From: Selaginella moellendorffii
Lineage: Eukaryota; Plantae; Lycopodiophyta
Length of the DNA: 64,000 bases
Assembly (NCBI RefSeq): GCF_000143415.4
Contig: NW_003314269.1
Span: 2,053,544 to 2,117,543, forward strand
Direction: 5' to 3'
Shown here: positions 1 through 12,740 of the stretch, piece by piece
Position numbering within the stretch: the stretch's first letter is position 1
How the letters are laid out: each line of letters starts with the position of its first letter
The notes under the pieces: model-generated
Told to the model about the DNA's origin: nothing
Databases searched by the model: none
What the model saw: only the letters and a program-made list of their open reading frames with translations
Translations under genes and position numbers: made by a program

Positions 1-2777
1 AAGGATCCCTTGTAGCTGGAGGAGACGAGGGAGACGACTTAAGTGAGCTATCTCCCCACCACGCGCTCAGCCATTTGTCAAACATCGTGTTTTTCGTAGC
101 TTGTCTCCAAGACTCCATCATCCCAGTTTGCTCACCATCTGTGAGAGCCGCCGTAACCCATGGGATCATTGATTGTAAAACCTCTGCACCTGTAGTCCCG
201 ACTATTCTACCAACTATCCTATCCTGCTCCTCAAAAGTGAAATGCCTGTCAAAAAGAGGCCAGAGTTCAAGTTCCTCCCTTGCAACATGATGATCCAGGC
301 TACACCGGACGGACTTGCACATGCCTTGAAGCTTCTGAGCCAAGTCTCCCCGTTTCTCTCGAATAGCGTTGATGTTCGATTTCTCGAGCAGGCAATCCGG
401 GATATAGAGACGTGATAACTCTTCCAGAAATCTCGCAATCTCTTCAAAAAGGTGCTGCTCCTGTTTATGGTCCAACGAGTACGAGTGGCTGACGTTGTGA
501 AGAGCTTCTTTCTCTTCCAAGGCTGGAAAAACGATGTCGTCTTCGGCGTTACTGTGGGCTTTGTAGAGACCCCATAAGAAGTGAAACCGTCCAGTGAACT
601 GCCTGAGGAACGTTTCGTCACAACTGTCTAGCTTGGCAGACTCCAAGTCCAAGTACTCCATGTCTTTCCGAATGGCTTTGTGGAACTGAAATATATGGTC
701 GATCGGCTTTGGTTCTACTGGTAACGTGCTGTCAACTTTCCCCCAACCAAAGAGACTGCATCCCAAAGAAGAGCTTTTCGGAGAGCTGAGCGGCTTGCGG
801 ACAGGAACTCTGGCAATCCCAAGGTTTGGACATTTCATTCCCAGTCCTGGGACGCAACACTGCTTCAATACAGCATTTTTGCAAGACGTCGAAGAGCCTT
901 CACTGTCTCCAACATCTCGAGGGCGCTTTGACCTTGTAGAGCCGGCAGACGAAGTACTTTCCTCATTGCTGACCTGCTCAAGCTCCAGCATTTTCACAGG
1001 ACACTCGTGTGCTTCCCCGGAATATATACACTTGAAACTGTCTGAGTTTTGACGGTACCCCTTGCATGCCCAGCCGGAAAAGAGCGCAACAAGGTGCTTG
1101 TCAGAAACCGGTGCTGCATAATAAAACGCCAATAAGAAAGTAACATCAACACAAAATAGAATACATGAAAATAAATAGAGCTACCTGCCAGACACATATG
1201 GTGCAGCATATCTCTGGTTTCCTTGTCACTTTGCATTTCCACAAACCAAGGTAAAACTCGTTCAAGCATTCTCAAAGGCATAACTCTTAGGCTTCGGTAT
1301 AAAAGAACACGTTGCTCCTCAATCGTGCAATGCTCTTGAGCGAGAGAAATCAACTATATCACGAAACTAAAGAAGTCAGCTCATGGAAACCACATAGACA
1401 CGATGATACCTTGAGCTCCGGGTTGAAGTAGTGCTCCCGTATGGTTTGAATAACGTACTCTACCTCAATACAAAGCTCATCGGCTTTCCCTTCAAGGTGT
1501 CCAATGGCTAGAATGCCATCCGCTAAACGTTGAACCATTTCCAGGTGTTGGTTATCTTCTTCAACGTTTGCTCTCTGACCAACTGCCGGACTGAGTACTT
1601 TATCTTCCGCAGCACTGACCAAAAAAGATAATTAACAAGTTCGAAGCATTATAGAAAACCATACCTATGGAAGATACACACTTCGACCAGAAACCTCAGC
1701 CGGTCCACGAACGAAGACAATGTAGATGGCGACGCAGACCGCAATAGTTTAACCTCCTCCGCGAGCCTCTCCATGTCCTTCTTGATAGCATCGTTCCACA
1801 AAAGCAATTTGTTTATAGGAAATTTGCGTTGGTGGTCTCCTGATAAGTCATCCGGTTGTAAGGCCTCCTGTTCCATACTTGACATTTTCGTGCCCGAAGT
1901 CTCCCTTCCTTTTAGCCATGCAAAAATCACCTGCAATGGCCTATCTGAACGCCGGTGATAGAATAGAGTTAGTCCATACCTGTTGGAGAAGGTGTTCACT
2001 AGGTACAATCCTCCGCATACAAGCTATCATTTGGTCTCGATCTTCCAGTGATAGGGACGAAGCCAGCCAGGGAAGAAACAATTCCATCAGGTTCACCGGT
2101 ATACTACAGAGAAACTGCCAAACGAGCGCGGCTTGTTCGTCATAAGTGAAGTGCTTCACAAGTAAAGGAAATACCTGACAAAGAAAAACTGTCAAGTTAG
2201 AGTTTTGATAAGATAAAAGCACAAGGAACAAACAACACATACTTGTTCTTCTTCTTTGCACAAATGCTGGACAAGAGTCGTTAGCAGTGCTTCCGTGCAG
2301 CACACAACATTCCGGATGCTCTCCTTCAAACCATCGTCTTTAACCGCGAGCACCGCGTTGAGAAGCTCGAAAAGCTGCTCGAAAAGGTTGCCCTCCACTT
2401 GATGCTCCAAGGAATACGAATGCGCGACGTTCTTAACGCGAAGATCGAGCGCTGGCAAAATTACCTGATAGAGAAGATGAAAAGAGCCCGATGGAAAGTA
2501 GAAAAAAAACAAATAAACGAACCTCGTCTTCTGCGCTACTATGGTGCTCATACACACTGCGCAGGAATTGGTAGCGCCGGATCAGTCCTTTGATCTCCTG
2601 GTCGCTGCCCTTGGCTATTTGCAGAGCATCGCCGTGCAATTTCTCCAATTCCGCTCGAATCGCCTTGTGGAAGTACATGAACTGCATAATCGGTGGCATG
2701 ACATCGTCCTCTGACTCCGCCGCCGGCTCGACGATCGGCACGGCGCTAGCTAGATCGACAATCACAGGGCTCGCCAT
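1..2777 (-). CDS. BTS: BRUTUS-like hemerythrin / CHY-RING E3 ubiquitin ligase, 5' part (runs off the left edge)
   Basis: ATG at 2777 (MASPVIV...PIMQFMYFHKAIRAELEKLH...YEHHSSAEDE / VILPALDLRVKNVAHSYSLEH...HLCKEEEQ / VFPLL...EQAALVWQFLCSIPVN). Further hemerythrin repeats include LLWNDAIKKD and PIDHIFQFHKAIRKD. GT-AG introns of ~50-60 nt. The CHY zinc finger is visible only in the duplicate fragment at 31013-31909. Confidence 0.88.
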
Positions 2778-3310
2778 CGCCAGGGCAAGCTCAAGAACAC
2801 CAGACGGCAAATCTGTCCGCCAAACCTGGAGAGGTAGCAAAGGAGAAGGCGCTGGACGGGCATCCGAGACGCATTATCCAAATGCAAAGCATTTTTCTCT
2901 GTGAATCCTGTGAATTTAGATCGCTAGAATGTAGAACCCGCGCATAAACCCTAGCTAACGCCTCTCTCTCTCTCACTCCCGCCCTAAATAAGAGGCTGAA
3001 ATACCTAGGCCCAGAGAAGCAAGACTTTGCTAAACGTTTCTTCTAGCTAGTTTTTGAAGAGCGCCGCAACATGTGACCTCCACGATGCGGCGCCGCAGCG
3101 GCACGAGGGAGGTATTTTCGGCGACATAGTAGCATTTACTTTGCCCGGTAAAACCACGCCGCGATAAGAATCGCTGACGTGGCGTTGCCCGTGCAACTGG
3201 GAAGCTGTCCGCGTGTGGGCACGTGGAGATTGGCCTCGGCCACGACCACTACACACCGTCCGTACAACTTACGTGGGTCACAGCGCCCAGGTCATTGTAG
3301 GGTTTTTGCG

Positions 3311-4759
3311 ATGATCAATGTAGCACCGCCTAGGGTTCTAGCGCCAAGAAGCAGGGCGCTATCGGGAATTCCACTCCGCGCATTGTCGAAATCGTGCTCC
3401 ATCTCGGGTCCGCCGGATGATTTCAGCTACAGGGAAGCGGTGTCGATGGACACTGAGGAGATCGTGGGGACGCGATGGCCTCAGCTGATTGATATTGTGC
3501 GCGAGGGATCACTCGTAGCGGTGAGGAATGTGAATGCGGGTGAAAATGGTGAGCCGGAGCTGGTGATTCTCGTCGGGACTGCTCATGTGTCCCAGGTTTC
3601 GGCGCAACAGGTCGAGCGCGCGATCAAGACAATCCGTCCCGATAATGTCGTTGTGGAGCTCTGCAAAAGCAGGTAAGCATGTAGCACTCTATCTCTAGTA
3701 AACAATGGGTGAGGATTTTGGATGCCGCAGGATTGGAATTATGTATTTGGATCCGTCAATGGCGAATTCCACCGCGAATTTCTTATCGTTGACAGGCACG
3801 GATCGCAATGCAGCTTTGGCTCGTAGTTTTAATCTCGGTAATCTATCTTTTATTTAAAATATAGCTTCCATTCGATTTCATTTTTTGTTTTCTCAGGTGG
3901 GAGATCAGCATTTTTTCTGAGATTGCTGCTTGCCAGTGTTTCAGAAAAGATTTCTAAGTCTGCGGCTGTGCCAGTTGGCGAAGAGGTAAGACAGTTCATT
4001 GACGTAAAAGCTGGATATTCATGGCGATTGCTTCTTACAGTTCAGGGCTGCAAGAAGAGCAGCGAAAGAAGTTGAAGCTCAGCTTGTTTTGGGTGATCGG
4101 CCTATTGAAATCACTGTAAGTGTAGTTTTGCCGGGAGCTACTTGTTAATGTTTTGTGTAGTTTCTGTAGTTGAATCGCGCATGGCGCGCTTTGACGTGGA
4201 AGGAGCGTCTGCGTCTTGCTAACACGTTCTTGCAGACATTCCTGTTTGCCAATGTTGACGCATCAGAAGCAGCGTTGAAGGTGAAGGCTTTTATGGATTA
4301 TAATTTACTGTTTCTGACTTTGTTAATGCAGTCGATGAAGTCCGACGATGTGATTTCAAGCATGTATTCATTTATGAGCTCTCAGTTTCCTTCTCTATTG
4401 CGACACCTCGTTTGGGAGCGCGATCTGGTGCGCTTTCTTTTAGAATAGTCACTTTCCTTTGATGTAGTCGTTTGACACTTAGCTTTGTTGTACAGTATAT
4501 GGCGTGGTCTTTGAAGCGCAGCAAAGCAGTTACGGGCTGCAAGACTGTGGTTGGAGTTATTGGAAGGGGTCATCTCTCCGGAGTAGTTTACGCTCTCCTT
4601 CACAGTCAGGAACACTTGAGTTTCCGGGACCTGGTCGGTAAAACTGAAGACTCGATAGCAGATCCCTTCAGAATTTACAGAGGCATTATTGCCGAAGGCA
4701 TACTTGGGCTTCTTCTATGGTTGCTCTACAGCTACATTAGCGCGAACTTGGCTGTGTAG
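3311..4759 (+). CDS. TraB-domain protein, copy 1 (apparently intact, with putative N-terminal targeting peptide)
   Basis: Motifs ILVGTAHVS...IRPDNVVVELCKSR, LVLGDRPIEIT, WERD and VVGVIGRGHLSGV, plus a C-terminal hydrophobic segment. Spliced through short GT-AG introns from ATG 3311 to TAG 4759. Confidence 0.85.
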
Positions 4760-4794
4760 TCCACCAAATGTTCCTCAGTCAGGCTGTTAGCTAT

Positions 4795-7700
4795 TTACAG
4801 CACGGGCTGGGAAAGTACTCTCTTGACATGGTTGGAGAGTTTGGCCTGTACTTTATTGGTACCTGGAAAGACGTTCATAATTCTGGCCGCATTGAGAAAG
4901 AGCTGCTTGCAAGCTTGTGGCAGCGCGCCGGGCTGCAGAGTTTCGTACAGAAGCTTCTGCATGTTCTTGTTCGCAAGTGCTTGGACCTCACTTAGTGCTT
5001 CACTTTCAGTTAACTGAGGATTCTCTTCAAGGTAGATGGTGATACTGTTGAGGCTTGAATCCACCTGGAAAAGCTCGAATGGTGGTAAGGTATTTCCTAT
5101 TTCGTCTATTTCTTCGGGTTTACCTTGTCCGTGTGTGTATCTTGTACCAGGCGTGAAGCAGTGTTCATCATTTGGCAAATGGCCGAGTCTTTTATGTCTC
5201 CGGTGGTGGCGAGCGTTTCGCCGACGAAGTACATAGTGCTCCGGACAGCAGGCTCGATGCTTGAATGTGAGGCCTTTAGATATTCCTCCAAAGTTGGATT
5301 GTTGTCTGACATTTTCCACTTGGTTCTCTGCAGTAGGCTCGATAGCCACGTTTTCCACTGCCAAAGCAAATATTGATCAGATTTATCAACGCTTCTCACC
5401 GAAAACACTTACGATTTCTCGCAGCGCTCCTCCTATACTCCGGCCTTGGTACAAGAAGCCCTGCTTGCTATGGTTTTGAACGATGTTATAGAGCTCGACG
5501 AACAGTATTTTCACTTCGGCGGAGCAGTTTCCAAGCGAGTTCACGTTCCACCTGTGCATCAGCTGTCAGATCTCGAGTGGCATTGAATTTGTGGCGTGAA
5601 TTACCTCTCGACATTGTTTATGAGATCCTCAAGTTCTTTGGTGGACCCCAGGTAGTCAAAGTATTCATTAATACCGAGTGATATGAACCAGCATTGCGAC
5701 CATATAATCCTTGCTGCTGAGAGCTCCGGCTCGAAGATGGTTGCGGCAGCTGAATAGAACGTGTGCTCCAGTTTGCTGCGGGAGAATCCTTTGAACATTG
5801 ACAGGCTGCTCTCGTCGTACCACCTGTGATGGATTTCGGGTGAGTATATCTTGTTTTACATATATACTTTCACCACCTTTCAAGTTGCTGAAATTCTTTT
5901 CTGTGCAAAGCCTGACACATGTTGAAGTCTGCCTTCGCGAGCTCTAGGAAAATTGAATTGTTGACGAAGGGCATCCTGTATCAGTTACAGGAGTTAGCTG
6001 GCAGCGTTGATTTCCGTGAAAAGATTCTCACCTGTAGAGGCTCTTCCCGATCCAGACATCGTCAGCCGCGTACTGATCGATATATCTTCTTGTTGCCAGT
6101 CTTTCTAATCTAGCATGCATTGGGTTGTCAAGCGCAAACTCGACCTGTAAAGTGTTCACAGGTCAGTTTTGTTTTGTGACATGCTCTAACGCAGACCTCT
6201 CCTGGCAGATCTTTAGAGATAATCCACTTGTCGTACAGCTGATTCTCTCGGCGTTTTCCTTCGAGAAACTTTCTGGCAAATGAGCCTGCTTCTTCCAGGA
6301 TTGTTTCGCCAGGAAACATCAGTTGAGAAGCCCGGTACAAGTTGTACATTCCTGTCACTGCTTGACCCGCTTGCCCGCTGAAGCAGACGAAGGAATCGCC
6401 CTCTTGGAAGTTTTTAAAGGCGTCTGTGTTGCACAACATGAGAGGTGAAGAAAGAAGCGGGTATGGCTTGGTGAGTACCTGGTGATATGTCGTATCCGTG
6501 ACTTCGCAAGAGCCGGAAGGCCATGGAAGTATCGTCAGCGTCTTGAACAGGTGAACCTCTGGCCCATGCTATTCCTTTGTCTGTCCAGTATCTGTTACAA
6601 GTTCTCACGTTGTGTGTTTGTCATAGGTGGTACTACGCATACACACCTGTACACGTAGTCAAGAGCTGATTTAATCTCTTGAGTGAAGTAGCGAGAAATT
6701 CCCAGGCGTTGTAAACGGTCAACTACCCAGAGATGCTCAAACAGATCCACTGGGTATCCACCTGGTACTGTCGAGAAACAAGAGTTTTTACGTCAGGAGT
6801 TCTCGGAGGTAAAGTTTCACACCTGCGCAGTTGAATCTCTTGACGAGGTTGTTCAGGTACTGCAGGCATTTCTCGTTTCCCGTATGCATCAGTGCGCATG
6901 CTGTGGAGGCGGGGCTGAATAGCAGTGAACCATCTGGTGACTGCAGTTTTATGACCTTGTCCCAGTCTATAGTCTTATAAAGTCCTTCCAACGAATACAG
7001 GAGAGTGGTCGGATAGTTTTGGACCACATTCATGGGTATTCTGCGTGCGGGTATCATGTCAGTAAAGTTTTCTCAAGTTGAAACATTTTCTATGTCTAAC
7101 CTTTCAAGTTTCTTCTTCCTTTCAGCATAAATTGTTTGGAGCATGGGCGCTGTATAGTCGATGTCAAGCTCGAGTGCCATGGCCTCCTCTATCATTGCCG
7201 GAAACACAATTTCAAATCCTATTGGCATGTGAGTACTGTCCTCCATCTCCATCTCAGGCATAGTTTTGCGAATAAACTCGAGGGCTGAATGAGAATGAGA
7301 TGGTTAGTCATTGTTTTTCTTCTGAAAGTGATTACTTAGTTACCTTTGTGAATAATCTTGTCTCCGGTGTTCCAGGTTTTGAGAGCTATTGCACATGCCA
7401 GTGTCGAACAGATGCGATCACACGTAAGAAACAAGTCTCTATCACCCCAGGATCCATCCTCGAGCTGATTGACCATGATCCAGTTTAGGCACATGGGAAA
7501 TTGAGGCGTGTTGCTGCCATCCAAAGCTGGTACTCGTGCCACCCAAGCCGTATCGTAGGCTGACACGGATATCTCCCCGTCGTGCAGAGAGTTCAACATG
7601 CTTCTTACGGTTTCGACGAGTTCCCACTTTCGTCCGCCATCAGTCGCTGGAATTGTCTGCAGACCAAGAAGAATTCCGATCAGGACCTCCGGCCTTACGG

Positions 7701-8105
7701 GATCTTGCAGAACATACTTCTGGGACTTGCCGAGGTGTTGAAAGCTTCCGTGCGGGAGTTTCCACGCGAGATGAAACTGGAGATAGTGTTAAGTTAGCAG
7801 CAAGCTCACAACCGGGTGAGTTAGTTCTCTTTCATACCTGGAACTGATGCGGTCGGCACTGCAGGTAGTGAAGGCGTGGTTTTGGAAGCATCGTCGTGGC
7901 CTGGGAACAAAGACAAGAAGTTAGCCGCAGGAGTCATCACAGGAGTGAGTGCCTTGGTCTCCTTACCTCTCGCTTCTAGTTTCTGTGCTACAACACCACG
8001 ACTTACAGGCGTCGTCCTGCAGAACATGGAAGAGGAAGAGGAGGAGGCAAGGAAGGCTGCATTCCATACAGTTCCAGCGGCAGAAACAGCAGCTGCTGCT
8101 GCCAT
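4795..8105 (-). CDS. Monofunctional class II diterpene synthase (CPS-like), copy 1, with LYS/PGG in place of LHS/PNV
   Basis: [15 protein letters not shown] and the class II DXDD motif (VQDADDT) are present. Class I motifs are degenerate (INEYFD for DDxxD; [10 protein letters not shown] for NSE/DTE). Ala/Ser-rich transit-like N-terminus. Manual splicing gave a continuous frame to the stop at 4795. Confidence 0.9.
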
Positions 8106-8227
8106 TTGCGGCTGCTCCGCCCGCCTTTCCTCTCTCTCTGTGCCCCTGCCTGGAGCAAAGGCAAGGAGGAGCAAGAATATATCGGAGCAATATCTGAGCA
8201 GCAGCTGGAGCAGAAGCAGGAAAAGGG

Positions 8228-8400
8228 CTAACCTTTCAAGTTTCTTCTTCCTTTCAGCATAAATTGTTTGGAGCACGGGCGCTGTGTAGTCGATGTCAAG
8301 CTCGAGTGCGATGGCCTCTTTTTTTTGCGCGAAACACAATTTCAAATCCGTACTGTTCTCCCATCTCCATCTTAGGCATAGATGATTAGTCATTGTTTTT
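8228..8400 (-). pseudogene. Deleted fragment of a diterpene synthase exon ([26 protein letters not shown]) fused to the 5' UTR of copy 1
   Basis: Matches ~7096-7320 and ~35994-36200 in the same orientation, with internal deletions. Confidence 0.85.
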
Positions 8401-8469
8401 CTTTTGGCTTGGCTTGTGGCTTGTCCCTTGTCTAGGGCCAGCTCTAGTGAACTTGAGTGTTTGGTTTCT

Positions 8470-11370
8470 GACACAAACCATAGGAATATTTTAAGAATAT
8501 TTCATGGTAACATTTTAAGGGCTTAGGGTTTGCTCTCTTGTTTGTTTCATTAATATCGGAGTAATATGTTCTTTTGGGGATGGTAGGTGTAAAATATTGA
8601 TCTTGGTGTTAGTGATGATGGACCATTTAAGTTCATGCTCACTCCCATCTAAGGGCCTTAACCCTCAGTCTCAACCTCAAGTCGGTTTGGAAACATTATT
8701 AAAGAGTTATTTCAAGACTGATTCTTGGACCTCATTATCCCTATTATACTTTTGGAACCCCTTATGGGACAATTGCTTTAAGCTTTCACCCCATAACCTA
8801 TATTAATATTTAGACTTAATTTCGAACTTGATATCAAACTCGGTCTCAGACTAGGTTTTGGACTCAATTTCAGACTTGATCTCAGACCCAGCCTCGAACT
8901 TAGTCCTGCACTCAACTTCGGACTCGGTCTTGGACCTGATCTCGGATCTCGGATTCAATTTCAAACTCAGTCTCGGATTCGGTCTTGGACTTGGTCTTGG
9001 ACTCGGTCTCGAACTCAATTTTGAAATTGGTCTTGGACTCAATCTCAAACTTGGTCTCATTCAATAAATTTTTTATCATTCCAATTATGGTTTCAGGAAT
9101 CCTTTAGCCTATAACATTTTGGGGAATTAATTCCTTACACAACCCAAATAACATCATTTTCTTGAAAGATCTTGGGTAAACCAATGATAAAATCTATTGA
9201 GATGTTATCCCATTTATTCTCAGGTACATATAAAGGATGATAAAGGCTAATAAGTTTTTAATGATCAACTTTAACTGCCTAATAGGTCAAACAACCATGT
9301 ATGTACTTTTCAACATCTGACTTCATCCCAGGCAAAAAAAAATGCCTTTTCACCAACATATATGTTTTCAGTACCCCCAATGCCCAACACTTGGCATATC
9401 ATGACACTCAACAAAAATCTATTTGATGAGTTTGTCCATACAAGGAACCACTATATGTCCCTTCTTCATTAGGATTCTATCTTATATCTCGAATGACACA
9501 AACTTGTCACCCTTCAAATCTGTAGAGGCATCCCTCAATAAAACTTTCATGCGAATGTCAATGATAAAGGAGTCAAAGTCAACAAACTCCTTAAACTCAT
9601 CCAAAAGATTGCTAGATAGCTTCATGAACGAAATAGAATTTACCATCTTAAATAATGCATCACCTACTTTATTGTCACCTCCATGCTTATTGATCATATT
9701 TTAACAAACATTTCTTGTAGGAATTCTTGCCAATGAGCAAGGCAGCTTTGAAGATCCTTTTTGTCGACTGAAATACTAGAAAGATTGATGATCTAAATTT
9801 ATATGGAAGTCATCTATATAGATAATGTCACAATTTCTTCACAACAACAATCACAACATACAACTCCTTGTCTCAAGTAGGTTAATTCTGCTGTGTGGGA
9901 TCAAACTTATGGCTCATAAATGCAAGAAAATGCCTAACTTGAAGCAATATGGCCCCAATAGCAATATCACTTACATCATTGCCTATTATTAATTATAGAT
10001 TCCACTATAGTGACTTTAGCATTTGTTGACCCCTTTAGGACAATCCTTGCCTTGATATCTAACCTTGTGGTAATGAAAATAACTACTCTTTACCTTGTCT
10101 TTCTCTCGTTGGCCTAAATAAAGTTGCTTAGCCTCATTGCCATTTATATGCTTTGAGCCACGACGGAATAATGATCATTTCTTCCCCAAATATGAAGCAT
10201 TGGCAGGTTAGTCATCATATTGACTACCCTATAGACCATTTTGTTGACCAGAGTTGACCAAATTAACTAGTGAAAAAATCTGAGCATCAATCAATGTTGT
10301 TAGAAAATCCTTTTTGACCTTCTATTGTACATCCACTAAACTCAAACCTTTGATAAAACATTGCACCTTTAGCAAATCATTATAAGTGCCCATGAGACTA
10401 ATGCAAAAATAATGGAACTTGCAAGCATATACATCTAAAGATAAAGTCCCCTATTGGATCTCTAATAACTGATTCATGAGATTAGTTTTGATGTAGTTCT
10501 TCCTGAAGAAGCATAACCTATAAGCTTCATCACAAAAAAATCAATTTTTACCTTATCCTTAGAAGGATTGTGATTCCAACCAAGAATCAACTTCTTGACT
10601 ATCACAAACATTCAATGATGACTTCTATTCCACAATACCATAATCCTTGGTATACTTGATGTACCAATGGTAATCATGGATATGAGATTAATTCAACTTT
10701 TGAGGGTCCATGCAAAGCAAGAAATCCTTAATGAGATTGATGGAATCTTTAACCTTCTTAATGCTGCTTTGAAGTTTCTTTGCTACACAACAACATTATT
10801 AAGAGTTTCAATGTTGTTGTTGTTCTCACTGTTGTTCTCACTCCTGTAAAGGAAATTGATTGTGGTGCTCCTAGCTCATATGGAGTGGTGCCCCACATGA
10901 GTACCATGTGGTTTATTAATCCTCACTCAGGGCTTGGGCTTTCCCTTTGGGAAAGTGGGGGAGTAAAGGTACCCATATTGAGCCATTAGGCCATAGTGTT
11001 TGCCCCTGAGATCCTGAACCAAGTGAGGCACCCAAGGCTTGGGATTTAGAGGATCCTATGATCAAGTCTTGTTGTACCAAGGATTTTAGGAACATGGAGG
11101 CTTGATGTGTTTGGCTACTTGTGTTTGCAAAAAGTGTAGCCGAACTTTAAATCCAATCTAACTCAAGGAGGGGGATTAGGAGAGAATTTAGGAATTCATG
11201 AATGGATAGCTAACACTTCATTGTTTATGTAGTAAGTATCAAAAACCAAGTAAAACTAAACAGGAGCTAGTACAATAGGCGAGAACCTTGGCAAGGGAAC
11301 TTAATTAATGCCAAGGCAATGGTGATTGAGTAGACGAGGTAAGCTAGCAAACTAAAAAGGAAAAATTTAT
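8470..11370 (-). mobile_element. Degenerate Ty3/gypsy retrotransposon remnant (RNase H-integrase)
   Basis: Minus strand reads LYHPLYVPENKWDNISIDFIIGLP (integrase) and ECHDMPSVGH (HHCC region) around 9170-9410, with many stops and frameshifts. Boundaries are approximate. Confidence 0.65.
8810..9060. repeat. Degenerate 6/12-bp tandem repeat (tcggac/tcggtc/ttggac)
   Basis: Repeated units such as ggtcttggacttggtcttggactcggtctcgaactc. They produce the spurious PSPRPSPR ORFs. Confidence 0.8.
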
Positions 11371-11379
11371 GGTTTACAG

Positions 11380-12740
11380 GTTGTTGTGGATAGTTTAATA
11401 AAGATGGTTCACTTCTTCCTAGTGAAGATGACTATTAAAGCTTTTGAACTTGCTTAGTTGTTTATAAACCAATTATTCAATCTCTATGGTTTGTTAGGTG
11501 ACATTGTGAGTGATCAAGATCCCAAGTTCACGTTTAAGTTTTGGCAAACAATTTTTGAGAAGCTAAAGACTAAGCTAAGCATGAGTAGTGGTGAGCACCC
11601 ACAATCAAATGGGCAGACAGAGCATATAAATCAGCTATTGGAAGATATGTTAAAGTCTTTTGTAGGAAACTTGACTTGACAGGGAGTATGGGAAAAGTAT
11701 TTGCCTTTGCTTCACTTTGCTCATAATAGCACTCATCAATCAGCTATTAGTATATCTCCATTTATAGTGATGTATAGTTATAAGCCTAAATCTCCCATAA
11801 GTTTGAGTTTAGCTTTGGTTTGGGTATCTCATGCTTGTGATTTCCTGGAAGATATGCAAAACAAGCTTGAGTTGGCAAAGTTGAATTTGAGGCAAGCTCA
11901 AGATTGAGACAAAAAATTGGCAGATGAGCATCATTATCATCAAGAGTACAAAATTGGTGACAAGGTTTTCCTTGAGTTGTTAGATGCACAACAGTCTTTG
12001 AAAGGAGATGGTAGTCCTAAGTTGTCTCTATAATATTGTGGGCCTTAGACAATTTTACAACATGTGGGAGATCTTGCATACACTTTGGATTTACTAGCTT
12101 GTTCGAAAATTCATCCAACATTCCATGTGAGCAAACTTAAGCATGTTTGCACTCTAGTGATGTTGTGGATCAATCCATCATCCAAGTCCTAGAAATTAAT
12201 GTTGAGAAGGCTTAAAGATTTCCTAATATTCTTTTTCAAAGATTGGTGAAAAACACGCTAGAAAACAACTAGGGAGTCGTTAGTTCAATGGAATGATTAA
12301 TCCATGGACAAAACTATATGGGAAACTAAAGATGACATGAAGAGAGTGTTTATAAGTTTTGGTTATGACTTAGATGACATTCTTGAGGAAGGGGAGAATT
12401 AGGTTCTATAGCCATAGTGTTATATGATTTGAGCCAATTGTTCTATTCTTATTCTCTTGTTTCCATGACCGTATTGTCATATGAGAAAGCTATATTGCTT
12501 TTTTTCTTTTGTAGCTACTGTCACAACGTTAGTGTTACCATTTTCACATCTTTTCTCCATGGCTATATTGCCTTGGACTCCCTTCATGTGAGGCTGGTTA
12601 GCTTCTCGAGGCTGCCATACGTGGTTGGGTCATGAGGGCACAAACTATAGAATTATTCTAAGAATATTCTATGGTCTATGGGATTTAAGGCCGTATCCCT
12701 TTTGTGATATTCTAGAGATTTTTGGTGGAACCTTCATATA
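11380..12740 (+). mobile_element. 3' end of a chromovirus-type gypsy element (integrase core, GPY/F region, chromodomain-like segment, PPT, probable 3' LTR)
   Basis: IVSDQDPKFT..FW..HPQSNGQTE, IHPTFHVSKLK and LVQW..IWE motifs. Polypurine tract gaggaaggggagaa at ~12385-12398. Confidence 0.75.

Noticed and set aside
4795-8105. Bifunctional CPS/KS interpretation
   Set aside because: DDxxD is NEYFD and the NSE/DTE motif is degenerate in both copies.
8851-9067. PSPR-repeat ORFs
   Set aside because: Translations of a degenerate 6/12-bp repeat inside a retroelement remnant.
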